From an uncultured virus (IMG/VR IMGVR_UViG_3300007171_000076) (lineage: Duplodnaviria; Heunggongvirae; Uroviricota; Caudoviricetes): a stretch of 64,000 bases of DNA. Below are positions 63,801 to 64,000 of this stretch, in pieces; the stretch's first letter is position 1, and the number at the start of each line of letters is the position of its first letter. Location of the stretch: IMG/VR virus record IMGVR_UViG_3300007171_000076. One strand, written 5' to 3'. The translations under genes and the position numbers were made by a program. The notes beneath the pieces were generated by a model. That model had not been told where the DNA came from and ran no database searches. It saw only the letters and a list, made by a program, of their open reading frames with translations.

Positions 63801-64000
63801 AGTATTCGGATAATGTAAAGCCTAACGAAGAGAAGATTCTTAAGCAGTTTGATAAGTTGGCTCATAAGGTTGCTCACAAAACTCACCGCAAGATGGGTAG
63901 CAAGTATGAGTATGAGGATTTGTATCAGGTTGCTTTGTTAGGAATAATGCAAGCTATTAGAACATTTGATGAGACTAAGAAGGTTAAGTTCCTCACTCAT
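63797..64000 (+). CDS. sigma70-family sigma factor (runs off the window edge)
   Basis: GTG start; region 2-like LAHKVAHK...EYEDLYQVALLGIMQAIRTFDETKKVKFLTH. Confidence 0.8.
   Translation, partial: MKYSDNVKPNEEKILKQFDKLAHKVAHKTHRKMGSKYEYEDLYQVALLGIMQAIRTFDETKKVKFLTH

Noticed and set aside
1..64000. Stop-codon reassignment as seen in some huge phages
   Set aside because: Known genes are full-length in the standard code and end in TAA, TAG and TGA; coding density is already high

Overview
AT-rich (roughly 30% GC, estimated by eye), gene-dense fragment of a jumbo/huge dsDNA bacteriophage genome that reads well in the standard bacterial code. Left arm (1-12 kb, almost all minus strand): tRNA-Lys(UUU), a group I intron-split tRNA-Leu(UAA), a candidate small RNA, rIIA/rIIB, uvsE, an ECF sigma factor and an NrdG-like radical SAM protein. 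A non-coding block at ~12.5-13.6 kb coincides with a flip in gene orientation and G/C skew and is preceded by a one-strand array of about 21 CTCGA(A/T) motifs (candidate replication origin). The 14.7-34.5 kb region encodes otherwise unrelated proteins sharing an N-terminal MW[YF][KR] tag and carrying conflict-type domains (GNAT, ADP-ribosyltransferase-like). Two of them are paralogs with 6-7 tandem ~70-85 aa HTH-like repeats, variable at the putative recognition helix, fused to a DUF559/Vsr-like nuclease, an architecture recalling a natural modular DNA-targeting nuclease. The right part carries clpP, a GMP reductase-like gene, two more sigma factors, a DUF2828 (TROVE/vWA) gene preceded by two CAGCAA stem-loop RNA units, a Fic protein, ~13 DUF2829/Tad2-like genes (8 in tandem), nusG, HNH, thyX, ruvB, groEL, a thermonuclease, a Y-family polymerase and an HhH glycosylase. 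No CRISPR array or rRNA was seen. All family calls come from motif recognition by eye; no database searches were run.
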